This document shows positions 53,901-64,000 of a stretch of 64,000 nt of DNA, piece after piece (the first letter of the stretch is position 1; every line of letters starts with the position of its first letter). The position numbers were made by a program, and so were the translations under genes. The DNA comes from the human T2T-CHM13v2.0 reference genome, Homo sapiens, in assembly GCF_009914755.1 (NCBI RefSeq), contig NC_060930.1; one strand, given 5' to 3'. Under the pieces are notes generated by a model. That model had not been told where the DNA came from. It did no database searches and saw only the letters and a list, made by a program, of their open reading frames with translations.

Positions 53901-56900
53901 TTTTTGTAGAATTCCCAAGTGGATATTTAGAGCACTTTGAAGTCTCTGCTAGAAAAGGAAACATCTTCATGTAAAAAGTAGATAGAATCGTTCTCAGAAA
54001 GTGCTTAGTGACGTGTGCGTTCAACTCACAGAGTTTAACGTTTCTTTTGATAGAGCGTTTCTGAAACACCCTTCTTGTAGTAGCTGCAAGTGGATATTTG
54101 GACCTATTGGAGGCCTTCTTTGGAAATGGGATTTCTTCATGTAACTCTAGATTGAAGAGTTCTCAGAAACTCCTTTGTGATGTGTGCATTCAATTCAAAG
54201 AGTGAAACCTCCCTTTTCACAGAGCAGTTTTGAAACACTGTTTTTGTAGGATTTCCAAGGGGATATTTATAGCGCATTGAGCCTACGGCGGAAAAAGAAA
54301 CATCTTCCTATAAAAACTAGACAGAATACTTCTCAGAATCTGCTTTGCGATGTGTGCGTTCAACTCACAGAGTAAAACTTTTCTTTTGATAGAGCAGTTT
54401 TGAAACACTCTTTTTGTAGTATTTGCATGTGTATATTTAGAGCGCATTGAAGCCCACAGTAGAAAAGGAAATAACTTCACCTAAAACCTAGACAGAAGCA
54501 ATCTCAGAAACTACTTTGTGATGTGTACATTCAACTCACAGAGTGGAACTTTCCTCTTTATAGAGCAGTGTTGAAACACTCTTTTTGTAGAAACTGCAAG
54601 TGGATATTTGGACCTCTTTGAGGCCTTCGTTGGAAACGGGATTTCTTCCTATAACCCTAGACAGAAGAATTTTCAGAAACCTCATTGTGATGTGTGCGTT
54701 CATCTCACAGAGTGGAGTCTTCCGTTTGATAGAGAAGTTTTGAAACCCTGTTCTTGTAGGATTTCCAAGTGGATATTTAGACCACTTTGAAGCCTATGAT
54801 AGAAAAGGAAACATCTTCATGGAAAACATAGATAGAATCATCCTCAGAAACAACTTTGTGATGTGTGCGTTGAACTCACCGTCTTTAACCTTTCTTTTGG
54901 TAGAGAAGTTTTGAAACACTCTCTTTGTAAAGTCTACAAGTGGATATTTTGAGCCCTTGGAGGCATTCTTTGGAAAAGGGAATGTCTTCACATAAAAGGC
55001 AGACGGAAGTGTTCTCAGAAACTGCTTTGTGATGTCTGTGTTCAACTCACAGAGTTTAACATTTCCTTTGATAGAGCGGTTTAGTAACCCTCTCTTTGTA
55101 GAATTTGGAAGTGTATACTAAGAGCGCTTTGAGGCCTATGGTAGAAAAGGAAATATCTTTCCATAAAAGCTAGACAGAAGCAATCTCAGAAACTCCTTTG
55201 CGATGTCTGCATTCAACTCACCGAGTGGAACATTCCTCTTGAGAGAGCAGTTTGGAAACACTCTTTCTGTAGAATCAGCTTGTTTGTATTTGGACCTCCT
55301 TGAGGCCTTCGTTGGAAACGGGTTTTCATCTTATAAACCCAGACAGAAGAATTCTCAGAGTCTTCTTTGTGATGTGTGCTTTCAACTCACCGAGATAAAG
55401 ATTTCTCTTGATAGAGCAATTTGGAAACACTCTTTTTGTAGAATTTGCAAGGGTACATTGAGAGCGCTTTCAGGCCTATGGTAGAAAAGGGAATATCTTT
55501 CCATAAAAGGTAGACAGAAGCAATCTCAGAAACTACTTTGTGATGTGTGCATTCAACTCACCGAGTGCAACGTTCCTCTTGACCGAGCAGTTTGGAAACA
55601 TTGTTTCTGTAGAATCTGCAAGTGGATATTTGGACCTCTTTGAGGCCTTCGTTGGAAACGGGATTTCTTCCTATAAACCCAGACAGAAGAATTCTCAGAG
55701 ACTTCTTTGTGATGTGTGAATTCAACTCACAGTGTGGATCCTTCCTTTTGATAGAGCAGTTTTGAAACCCTGTTTTTGTAGTATTTCCAAGCGGATATTT
55801 GGAACGCCTTGAAGCGTATGGTAGAAAAGGAAATATCTTCCCATAAAACCTAGACAGAACCAATCTCAGAAACGACTTTGTGATGTCTGCATTCAAGTCA
55901 CAGAGTTGAACATTTCTCTTGATAGAGCAGTTTTGAAACCCTCTTTCTGAAGGATCTGCAAGTGGATATTTGGAACTCCTTTGGGTCTTCGTTGGAAACG
56001 GGATTTCTTCGTATAAATCTAGACAGAAGAATTCTCCGAAACTTCTTTGGTTGTGTGCATTCAAGTCACAGAGTGGAACCTTCCTTTGGATAGAGCAGTT
56101 TGAAACGCCGTGGTTGTAGTATTTCCAAGCGGATATTAGAGCGCCTTGAGGCCTATGGTAGAAAAGGAAATATCTTCCCATAAAACCTAGACGGAAGCAA
56201 TCTCAGAAACTACTGTGTGATGGCTGCATTCCACACACACGGTGGAACATTTCTCTTGATAGAGCAGTTTTGAAACACTCTTTCTGTAGAATCTGCAAGT
56301 GGATAATTGGACCGCCTTGAGGCCTTCGTTGGAAACGGGATTTCTTCATGTTACTCTAGATAGAAGAATTCTCAAACACTGCTATGTGATGTTTGCATTC
56401 AAGTCACAGAGTGCAACATTCCTCTTGGTAGAGCAGTTGGGAAACACTCCTTTTGTAGAATCTGCAATGGGATATTTGGACTTCTTTGAGGCCTTCGTTG
56501 GAAACGGGATTTCTTCGTATGAATCTAGACAGAAGAATTCTCAGAAACTTCCTTGTGATGTGTGCATTCAACTCAGCGAGTGGCACCTTCCTTTGGATAC
56601 AGCAGTTTTGAAACACTGTTTTTGTAGTATTTCCAAGCGGATATTTAGAGCGCCTTGAAGCCTATGCTAGAAATGGAAATATCTCCCCATAAAACCAAGA
56701 CAGAAGCAATCTCAGAAACTAATGTGTGATGGCTGCATTCCACACACACGGTGGACCATTTCTCTTGATAGAGCAGTTTTGAAACACTCTTTCTGTAGAA
56801 TCTGCAAGTGGATAATTGGACCTCCTAGAGGCCTTCGTTGGAAACGGGATTTCTTCATCTAAACCTACAGAGAAGAATTCTCAGTAACTTCTTCGGATGT

Positions 56901-59900
56901 GTGCATTCGACGCACAGAATGGAACATTCCCTTTGATAGAGCAGTTTTGAGACACCGTTTTTGTAGAATTCCCAAGTGGATATTTAGAGCACTTTGAAGT
57001 CTCTGCTAGAAAAGGAAACATCTTCATGTAAAAAGTAGATAGAATCGTTCTCAGAAAGTGCTTAGTGACGTGTGCGTTCAACTCACAGAGTTTAACGTTT
57101 CTTTTGATAGAGCGTTTCTGAAACACCCTTCTTGTAGTAGCTGCAAGTGGATATTTGGACCTATTGGAGGCCTTCTTTGGAAATGGGATTTCTTCATGTA
57201 ACTCTAGATTGAAGAGTTCTCAGAAACTCCTTTGTGATGTGTGCATTCAATTCAAAGAGTGAAACCTCCCTTTTCACAGAGCAGTTTTGAAACACTGTTT
57301 TTGTAGGATTTCCAAGGGGATATTTATAGCGCATTGAGCCTACGGCGGAAAAAGAAACATCTTCCTATAAAAACTAGACAGAATACTTCTCAGAATCTGC
57401 TTTGCGATGTGTGCGTTCAACTCACAGAGTAAAACTTTTCTTTTGATAGAGCAGTTTTGAAACACTCTTTTTGTAGTATTTGCATGTGTATATTTAGAGC
57501 GCATTGAAGCCCACAGTAGAAAAGGAAATAACTTCACCTAAAACCTAGACAGAAGCAATCTCAGAAACTACTTTGTGATGTGTACATTCAACTCACAGAG
57601 TGGAACTTTCCTCTTTATAGAGCAGTGTTGAAACACTCTTTTTGTAGAAACTGCAAGTGGATATTTGGACCTCTTTGAGGCCTTCGTTGGAAACGGGATT
57701 TCTTCCTATAACCCTAGACAGAAGAATTTTCAGAAACCTCATTGTGATGTGTGCGTTCATCTCACAGAGTGGAGTCTTCCGTTTGATAGAGAAGTTTTGA
57801 AACCCTGTTCTTGTAGGATTTCCAAGTGGATATTTAGACCACTTTGAAGCCTATGATAGAAAAGGAAACATCTTCATGGAAAACATAGATAGAATCATCC
57901 TCAGAAACAACTTTGTGATGTGTGCGTTGAACTCACCGTCTTTAACCTTTCTTTTGGTAGAGAAGTTTTGAAACACTCTCTTTGTAAAGTCTACAAGTGG
58001 ATATTTTGAGCCCTTGGAGGCATTCTTTGGAAAAGGGAATGTCTTCACATAAAAGGCAGACGGAAGTGTTCTCAGAAACTGCTTTGTGATGTCTGTGTTC
58101 AACTCACAGAGTTTAACATTTCCTTTGATAGAGCGGTTTAGTAACCCTCTCTTTGTAGAATTTGGAAGTGTATACTAAGAGCGCTTTGAGGCCTATGGTA
58201 GAAAAGGAAATATCTTTCCATAAAAGCTAGACAGAAGCAATCTCAGAAACTCCTTTGCGATGTCTGCATTCAACTCACCGAGTGGAACATTCCTCTTGAG
58301 AGAGCAGTTTGGAAACACTCTTTCTGTAGAATCAGCTTGTTTGTATTTGGACCTCCTTGAGGCCTTCGTTGGAAACGGGTTTTCATCTTATAAACCCAGA
58401 CAGAAGAATTCTCAGAGTCTTCTTTGTGATGTGTGCTTTCAACTCACCGAGATAAAGATTTCTCTTGATAGAGCAATTTGGAAACACTCTTTTTGTAGAA
58501 TTTGCAAGGGTACATTGAGAGCGCTTTCAGGCCTATGGTAGAAAAGGGAATATCTTTCCATAAAAGGTAGACAGAAGCAATCTCAGAAACTACTTTGTGA
58601 TGTGTGCATTCAACTCACCGAGTGCAACGTTCCTCTTGACCGAGCAGTTTGGAAACATTGTTTCTGTAGAATCTGCAAGTGGATATTTGGACCTCTTTGA
58701 GGCCTTCGTTGGAAACGGGATTTCTTCCTATAAACCCAGACAGAAGAATTCTCAGAGACTTCTTTGTGATGTGTGAATTCAACTCACAGTGTGGATCCTT
58801 CCTTTTGATAGAGCAGTTTTGAAACCCTGTTTTTGTAGTATTTCCAAGCGGATATTTGGAACGCCTTGAAGCGTATGGTAGAAAAGGAAATATCTTCCCA
58901 TAAAACCTAGACAGAACCAATCTCAGAAACGACTTTGTGATGTCTGCATTCAAGTCACAGAGTTGAACATTTCTCTTGATAGAGCAGTTTTGAAACCCTC
59001 TTTCTGAAGGATCTGCAAGTGGATATTTGGAACTCCTTTGGGTCTTCGTTGGAAACGGGATTTCTTCGTATAAATCTAGACAGAAGAATTCTCCGAAACT
59101 TCTTTGGTTGTGTGCATTCAAGTCACAGAGTGGAACCTTCCTTTGGATAGAGCAGTTTGAAACGCCGTGGTTGTAGTATTTCCAAGCGGATATTAGAGCG
59201 CCTTGAGGCCTATGGTAGAAAAGGAAATATCTTCCCATAAAACCTAGACGGAAGCAATCTCAGAAACTACTGTGTGATGGCTGCATTCCACACACACGGT
59301 GGAACATTTCTCTTGATAGAGCAGTTTTGAAACACTCTTTCTGTAGAATCTGCAAGTGGATAATTGGACCGCCTTGAGGCCTTCGTTGGAAACGGGATTT
59401 CTTCATGTTACTCTAGATAGAAGAATTCTCAAACACTGCTATGTGATGTTTGCATTCAAGTCACAGAGTGCAACATTCCTCTTGGTAGAGCAGTTGGGAA
59501 ACACTCCTTTTGTAGAATCTGCAATGGGATATTTGGACTTCTTTGAGGCCTTCGTTGGAAACGGGATTTCTTCGTATGAATCTAGACAGAAGAATTCTCA
59601 GAAACTTCCTTGTGATGTGTGCATTCAACTCAGCGAGTGGCACCTTCCTTTGGATACAGCAGTTTTGAAACACTGTTTTTGTAGTATTTCCAAGCGGATA
59701 TTTAGAGCGCCTTGAAGCCTATGCTAGAAATGGAAATATCTCCCCATAAAACCAAGACAGAAGCAATCTCAGAAACTAATGTGTGATGGCTGCATTCCAC
59801 ACACACGGTGGACCATTTCTCTTGATAGAGCAGTTTTGAAACACTCTTTCTGTAGAATCTGCAAGTGGATAATTGGACCTCCTAGAGGCCTTCGTTGGAA

Positions 59901-60142
59901 ACGGGATTTCTTCATCTAAACCTACAGAGAAGAATTCTCAGTAACTTCTTCGGATGTGTGCATTCGACGCACAGAATGGAACATTCCCTTTGATAGAGCA
60001 GTTTTGAGACACCGTTTTTGTAGAATTCCCAAGTGGATATTTAGAGCACTTTGAAGTCTCTGCTAGAAAAGGAAACATCTTCATGTAAAAAGTAGATAGA
60101 ATCGTTCTCAGAAAGTGCTTAGTGACGTGTGCGTTCAACTCA
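47915..60142 (+). repeat. Four 18-mer HOR copies (U18-U21)
   Basis: Spacing 48169-51226-54283-57340-60397 is 3057. Confidence 0.97.
50719..50735 (+). other. Privately mutated CENP-B box (CGGG>CGGA) in U18
   Basis: CTTCGTTGGAAACGGAA, with A at 50734 in a core position. Intact in the other copies read. Confidence 0.85.
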
Positions 60143-62693
60143 CAGAGTTTAACGTTTCTTTTGATAGAGCGTTTCTGAAACACCCTTCTTGTAGTAGCTG
60201 CAAGTGGATATTTGGACCTATTGGAGGCCTTCTTTGGAAATGGGATTTCTTCATGTAACTCTAGATTGAAGAGTTCTCAGAAACTCCTTTGTGATGTGTG
60301 CATTCAATTCAAAGAGTGAAACCTCCCTTTTCACAGAGCAGTTTTGAAACACTGTTTTTGTAGGATTTCCAAGGGGATATTTATAGCGCATTGAGCCTAC
60401 GGCGGAAAAAGAAACATCTTCCTATAAAAACTAGACAGAATACTTCTCAGAATCTGCTTTGCGATGTGTGCGTTCAACTCACAGAGTAAAACTTTTCTTT
60501 TGATAGAGCAGTTTTGAAACACTCTTTTTGTAGTATTTGCATGTGTATATTTAGAGCGCATTGAAGCCCACAGTAGAAAAGGAAATAACTTCACCTAAAA
60601 CCTAGACAGAAGCAATCTCAGAAACTACTTTGTGATGTGTACATTCAACTCACAGAGTGGAACTTTCCTCTTTATAGAGCAGTGTTGAAACACTCTTTTT
60701 GTAGAAACTGCAAGTGGATATTTGGACCTCTTTGAGGCCTTCGTTGGAAACGGGATTTCTTCCTATAACCCTAGACAGAAGAATTTTCAGAAACCTCATT
60801 GTGATGTGTGCGTTCATCTCACAGAGTGGAGTCTTCCGTTTGATAGAGAAGTTTTGAAACCCTGTTCTTGTAGGATTTCCAAGTGGATATTTAGACCACT
60901 TTGAAGCCTATGATAGAAAAGGAAACATCTTCATGGAAAACATAGATAGAATCATCCTCAGAAACAACTTTGTGATGTGTGCGTTGAACTCACCGTCTTT
61001 AACCTTTCTTTTGGTAGAGAAGTTTTGAAACACTCTCTTTGTAAAGTCTACAAGTGGATATTTTGAGCCCTTGGAGGCATTCTTTGGAAAAGGGAATGTC
61101 TTCACATAAAAGGCAGACGGAAGTGTTCTCAGAAACTGCTTTGTGATGTCTGTGTTCAACTCACAGAGTTTAACATTTCCTTTGATAGAGCGGTTTAGTA
61201 ACCCTCTCTTTGTAGAATTTGGAAGTGTATACTAAGAGCGCTTTGAGGCCTATGGTAGAAAAGGAAATATCTTTCCATAAAAGCTAGACAGAAGCAATCT
61301 CAGAAACTCCTTTGCGATGTCTGCATTCAACTCACCGAGTGGAACATTCCTCTTGAGAGAGCAGTTTGGAAACACTCTTTCTGTAGAATCAGCTTGTTTG
61401 TATTTGGACCTCCTTGAGGCCTTCGTTGGAAACGGGTTTTCATCTTATAAACCCAGACAGAAGAATTCTCAGAGTCTTCTTTGTGATGTGTGCTTTCAAC
61501 TCACCGAGATAAAGATTTCTCTTGATAGAGCAATTTGGAAACACTCTTTTTGTAGAATTTGCAAGGGTACATTGAGAGCGCTTTCAGGCCTATGGTAGAA
61601 AAGGGAATATCTTTCCATAAAAGGTAGACAGAAGCAATCTCAGAAACTACTTTGTGATGTGTGCATTCAACTCACCGAGTGCAACGTTCCTCTTGACCGA
61701 GCAGTTTGGAAACATTGTTTCTGTAGAATCTGCAAGTGGATATTTGGACCTCTTTGAGGCCTTCGTTGGAAACGGGATTTCTTCCTATAAACCCAGACAG
61801 AAGAATTCTCAGAGACTTCTTTGTGATGTGTGAATTCAACTCACAGTGTGGATCCTTCCTTTTGATAGAGCAGTTTTGAAACCCTGTTTTTGTAGTATTT
61901 CCAAGCGGATATTTGGAACGCCTTGAAGCGTATGGTAGAAAAGGAAATATCTTCCCATAAAACCTAGACAGAACCAATCTCAGAAACGACTTTGTGATGT
62001 CTGCATTCAAGTCACAGAGTTGAACATTTCTCTTGATAGAGCAGTTTTGAAACCCTCTTTCTGAAGGATCTGCAAGTGGATATTTGGAACTCCTTTGGGT
62101 CTTCGTTGGAAACGGGATTTCTTCGTATAAATCTAGACAGAAGAATTCTCAGAAACTTCCTTGTGATGTGTGCATTCAACTCAGCGAGTGGCACCTTCCT
62201 TTGGATACAGCAGTTTTGAAACACTGTTTTTGTAGTATTTCCAAGCGGATATTTAGAGCGCCTTGAAGCCTATGCTAGAAATGGAAATATCTCCCCATAA
62301 AACCAAGACGGAAGCAATCTCAGAAACTAATGTGTGATGGCTGCATTCCACACACACGGTGGACCATTTCTCTTGATAGAGCAGTTTTGAAACACTCTTT
62401 CTGTAGAATCTGCAAGTGGATAATTGGACCTCCTAGAGGCCTTCGTTGGAAACGGGATTTCTTCATCTAAACCTACAGAGAAGTATTCTCAGTAACTTCT
62501 TCGGATGTGTGCATTCGACGCACAGAATGGAACATTCCCTTTGATAGAGCAGTTTTGAGACACCGTTTTTGTAGAATTCCCAAGTGGATATTTAGAGCAC
62601 TTTGAAGTCTCTGCTAGAAAAGGAAACATCATCATGTAAAAAGTAGATAGAATCGTTCTCAGAAAGTGCTTAGTGTCGTGTGCGTTCAACTCA
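60143..62693 (+). repeat. Single 15-mer HOR copy (U22, 2551 bp)
   Basis: Spacing 60397-62948 is 2551. Junction at 62130-62150. Confidence 0.96.
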
Positions 62694-64000
62694 CAGAGTT
62701 TAACGTTTCTTTTGATAGAGCGTTTCTGAAACACCCTTCTTGTAGTAGCTGCAAGTGGATATTTGGACCTATTGGAGGCCTTCTTTGGAAACGGGATTTC
62801 TTCATGTAACTCTAGATTGAAGAATTCTCAGAAACTCCTTTGTGATGTGTGCATTCAATTCAAAGAGTGAAACCTCTCTTTTCACAGAGCAGTTTTGAAA
62901 CACTGTTTTTGTAGGATTTCCAAGGGGATATTTATAGCGCATTGAGCCTACGGCGGAAAAAGAAACATCTTCCTATAAAAACTAGACAGAATACTTCTCA
63001 GAATCTGCTTTGCGATGTGTGCGTTCAACTCACAGAGTAAAACTTTTCTTTTGATAGAGCAGTTTTGAAACACTCTTTTTGTAGTATTTGCATGTGTATA
63101 TTTAGAGCGCATTGAAGCCCACAGTAGAAAAGGAAATAACTTCACCTAAAACCTAGACAGAAGCAATCTCAGAAACTACTTTGTGATGTGTACATTCAAC
63201 TCACAGAGTGGAACTTTCCTCTTTATAGAGCAGTGTTGAAACACTCTTTTTGTAGAAACTGCAAGTGGATATTTGGACCTCTTTGAGGCCTTCGTTGGAA
63301 ACGGGATTTCTTCCTATAACCCTAGACAGAAGAATTTTCAGAAACCTCATTGTGATGTGTGCGTTCATCTCACAGAGTGGAGTCTTCCGTTTGATAGAGA
63401 AGTTTTGAAACCCTGTTCTTGTAGGATTTCCAAGTGGATATTTAGACCACTTTGAAGCCTATGATAGAAAAGGAAACATCTTCATGGAAAACATAGATAG
63501 AATCATCCTCAGAAACAACTTTGTGATGTGTGCGTTGAACTCACCGTCTTTAACCTTTCTTTTGGTAGAGAAGTTTTGAAACACTCTCTTTGTAAAGTCT
63601 ACAAGTGGATATTTTGAGCCCTTGGAGGCATTCTTTGGAAAAGGGAATGTCTTCACATAAAAGGCAGACGGAAGTGTTCTCAGAAACTGCTTTGTGATGT
63701 CTGTGTTCAACTCACAGAGTTTAACATTTCCTTTGATAGAGCGGTTTAGTAACCCTCTCTTTGTAGAATTTGGAAGTGTATACTAAGAGCGCTTTGAGGC
63801 CTATGGTAGAAAAGGAAATATCTTTCCATAAAAGCTAGACAGAAGCAATCTCAGAAACTCCTTTGTGATGTCTGCATTCAACTCACCGAGTGGAACATTC
63901 CTCTTGAGAGAGCAGTTTGGAAACACTCTTTCTGTAGAATCAGCTTGTTTGTATTTGGACCTCCTTGAGGCCTTCGTTGGAAACGGGTTTTCATCTTATA
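62694..64000 (+). repeat. Partial HOR copy (U23), truncated by the window edge before the 18/15-mer diagnostic region
   Basis: Matches positions 1-1307 of U1. Confidence 0.95.

Larger units (their letters stand above)
1..64000 (+). repeat. Centromeric alpha-satellite higher-order repeat array (~170-bp monomers, head-to-tail, single orientation)
   Basis: Alphoid motifs (ttctcagaaact..tttgtgatgtgtgcattcaactcacagag..gatagagcagttttgaaacac) recur every ~170 bp over the whole window. CENP-B boxes CTTCGTTGGAAACGGGA are present. The ORF track repeats almost identically with periods of 3057/3056/2551/2549 bp. Confidence 0.99.
1..64000 (+). repeat. D6Z1: Probable identity: human chromosome 6 active centromeric array D6Z1 (SF1, 18-mer HOR)
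   Basis: The unit is 3057 bp with 18 monomers and one BamHI site (GGATCC at 1708-1713 in U1). Box spacing is largely dimeric (~340 bp). These match what I recall of the ~3-kb BamHI 18-mer of chromosome 6. Not confirmed by alignment. Confidence 0.88.

Noticed and set aside
255-63710. About 170 short ORFs (60-207 aa) on both strands, including the recurrent 207-aa minus-strand ORF
   Set aside because: They are chance open frames of alphoid DNA. They repeat with the HOR, are internally repetitive at the monomer period (FQNCSIKR-like motifs), overlap on opposite strands and are freely broken by indels (24667, 28470) and by the 506-bp deletion. No recognisable protein family.
597-63988. Conserved short repeat (gaggccttcgttggaaacggga) with intervening sequence, superficially CRISPR-like
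   Set aside because: It is the CENP-B box. The intervals are 150-830 bp of mutually homologous satellite rather than unique spacers, and there are no cas genes or leader.
1-64000. Possible transposon insertion, inversion or non-satellite island
   Set aside because: Every inter-unit distance is explained by 3057, 3056, 2551 or 2549 bp and ORF strand patterns never flip, leaving no room for an insertion or inversion.
1-64000. Idea that the 18/15-mer order encodes a programmed or functional code
   Set aside because: The order is adequately explained by local duplication and recombination, as shown by shared SNPs. Twenty-two units give no evidence for anything more.
1-64000. Calling this window the kinetochore site or a source of centromeric ncRNA
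   Set aside because: Homogeneity and CENP-B boxes indicate an active-type array, but CENP-A position and transcription are epigenetic and cannot be read from sequence.

Overview
The whole window is one uninterrupted, single-orientation primate (almost certainly human) centromeric alpha-satellite array of ~170-bp monomers organised as a higher-order repeat (HOR). I count 22 complete HOR copies plus a partial one. Thirteen are 18-mers (3057 bp; one is 3056 bp) and nine are 15-mers (2551 bp; three are 2549 bp). The copy order is 18x5, 15x3, 18, 15x4, 18x3, 15, 18x4, 15, partial. The 3057-bp 18-mer with one BamHI site per unit and a dimeric CENP-B-box/pJalpha-box pattern best fits the chromosome 6 active array D6Z1 (suprachromosomal family 1). 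That assignment is from recall, not from an alignment. I see no genes, RNA genes, transposon insertions, inversions or CRISPR, and every ORF in the track is a repeat artefact. I do not see a new gene system. The interesting signal is the evolutionary record of the array: a single-origin 506-bp deletion variant mediated by an internal duplication, SNP-defined local expansions, a possible ~11.7-kb super-HOR duplication, gene-conversion footprints and CENP-B box gain/loss patterns. Units U1-U23 are phased arbitrarily from window position 1. All SNP calls were read by eye and from the ORF track.
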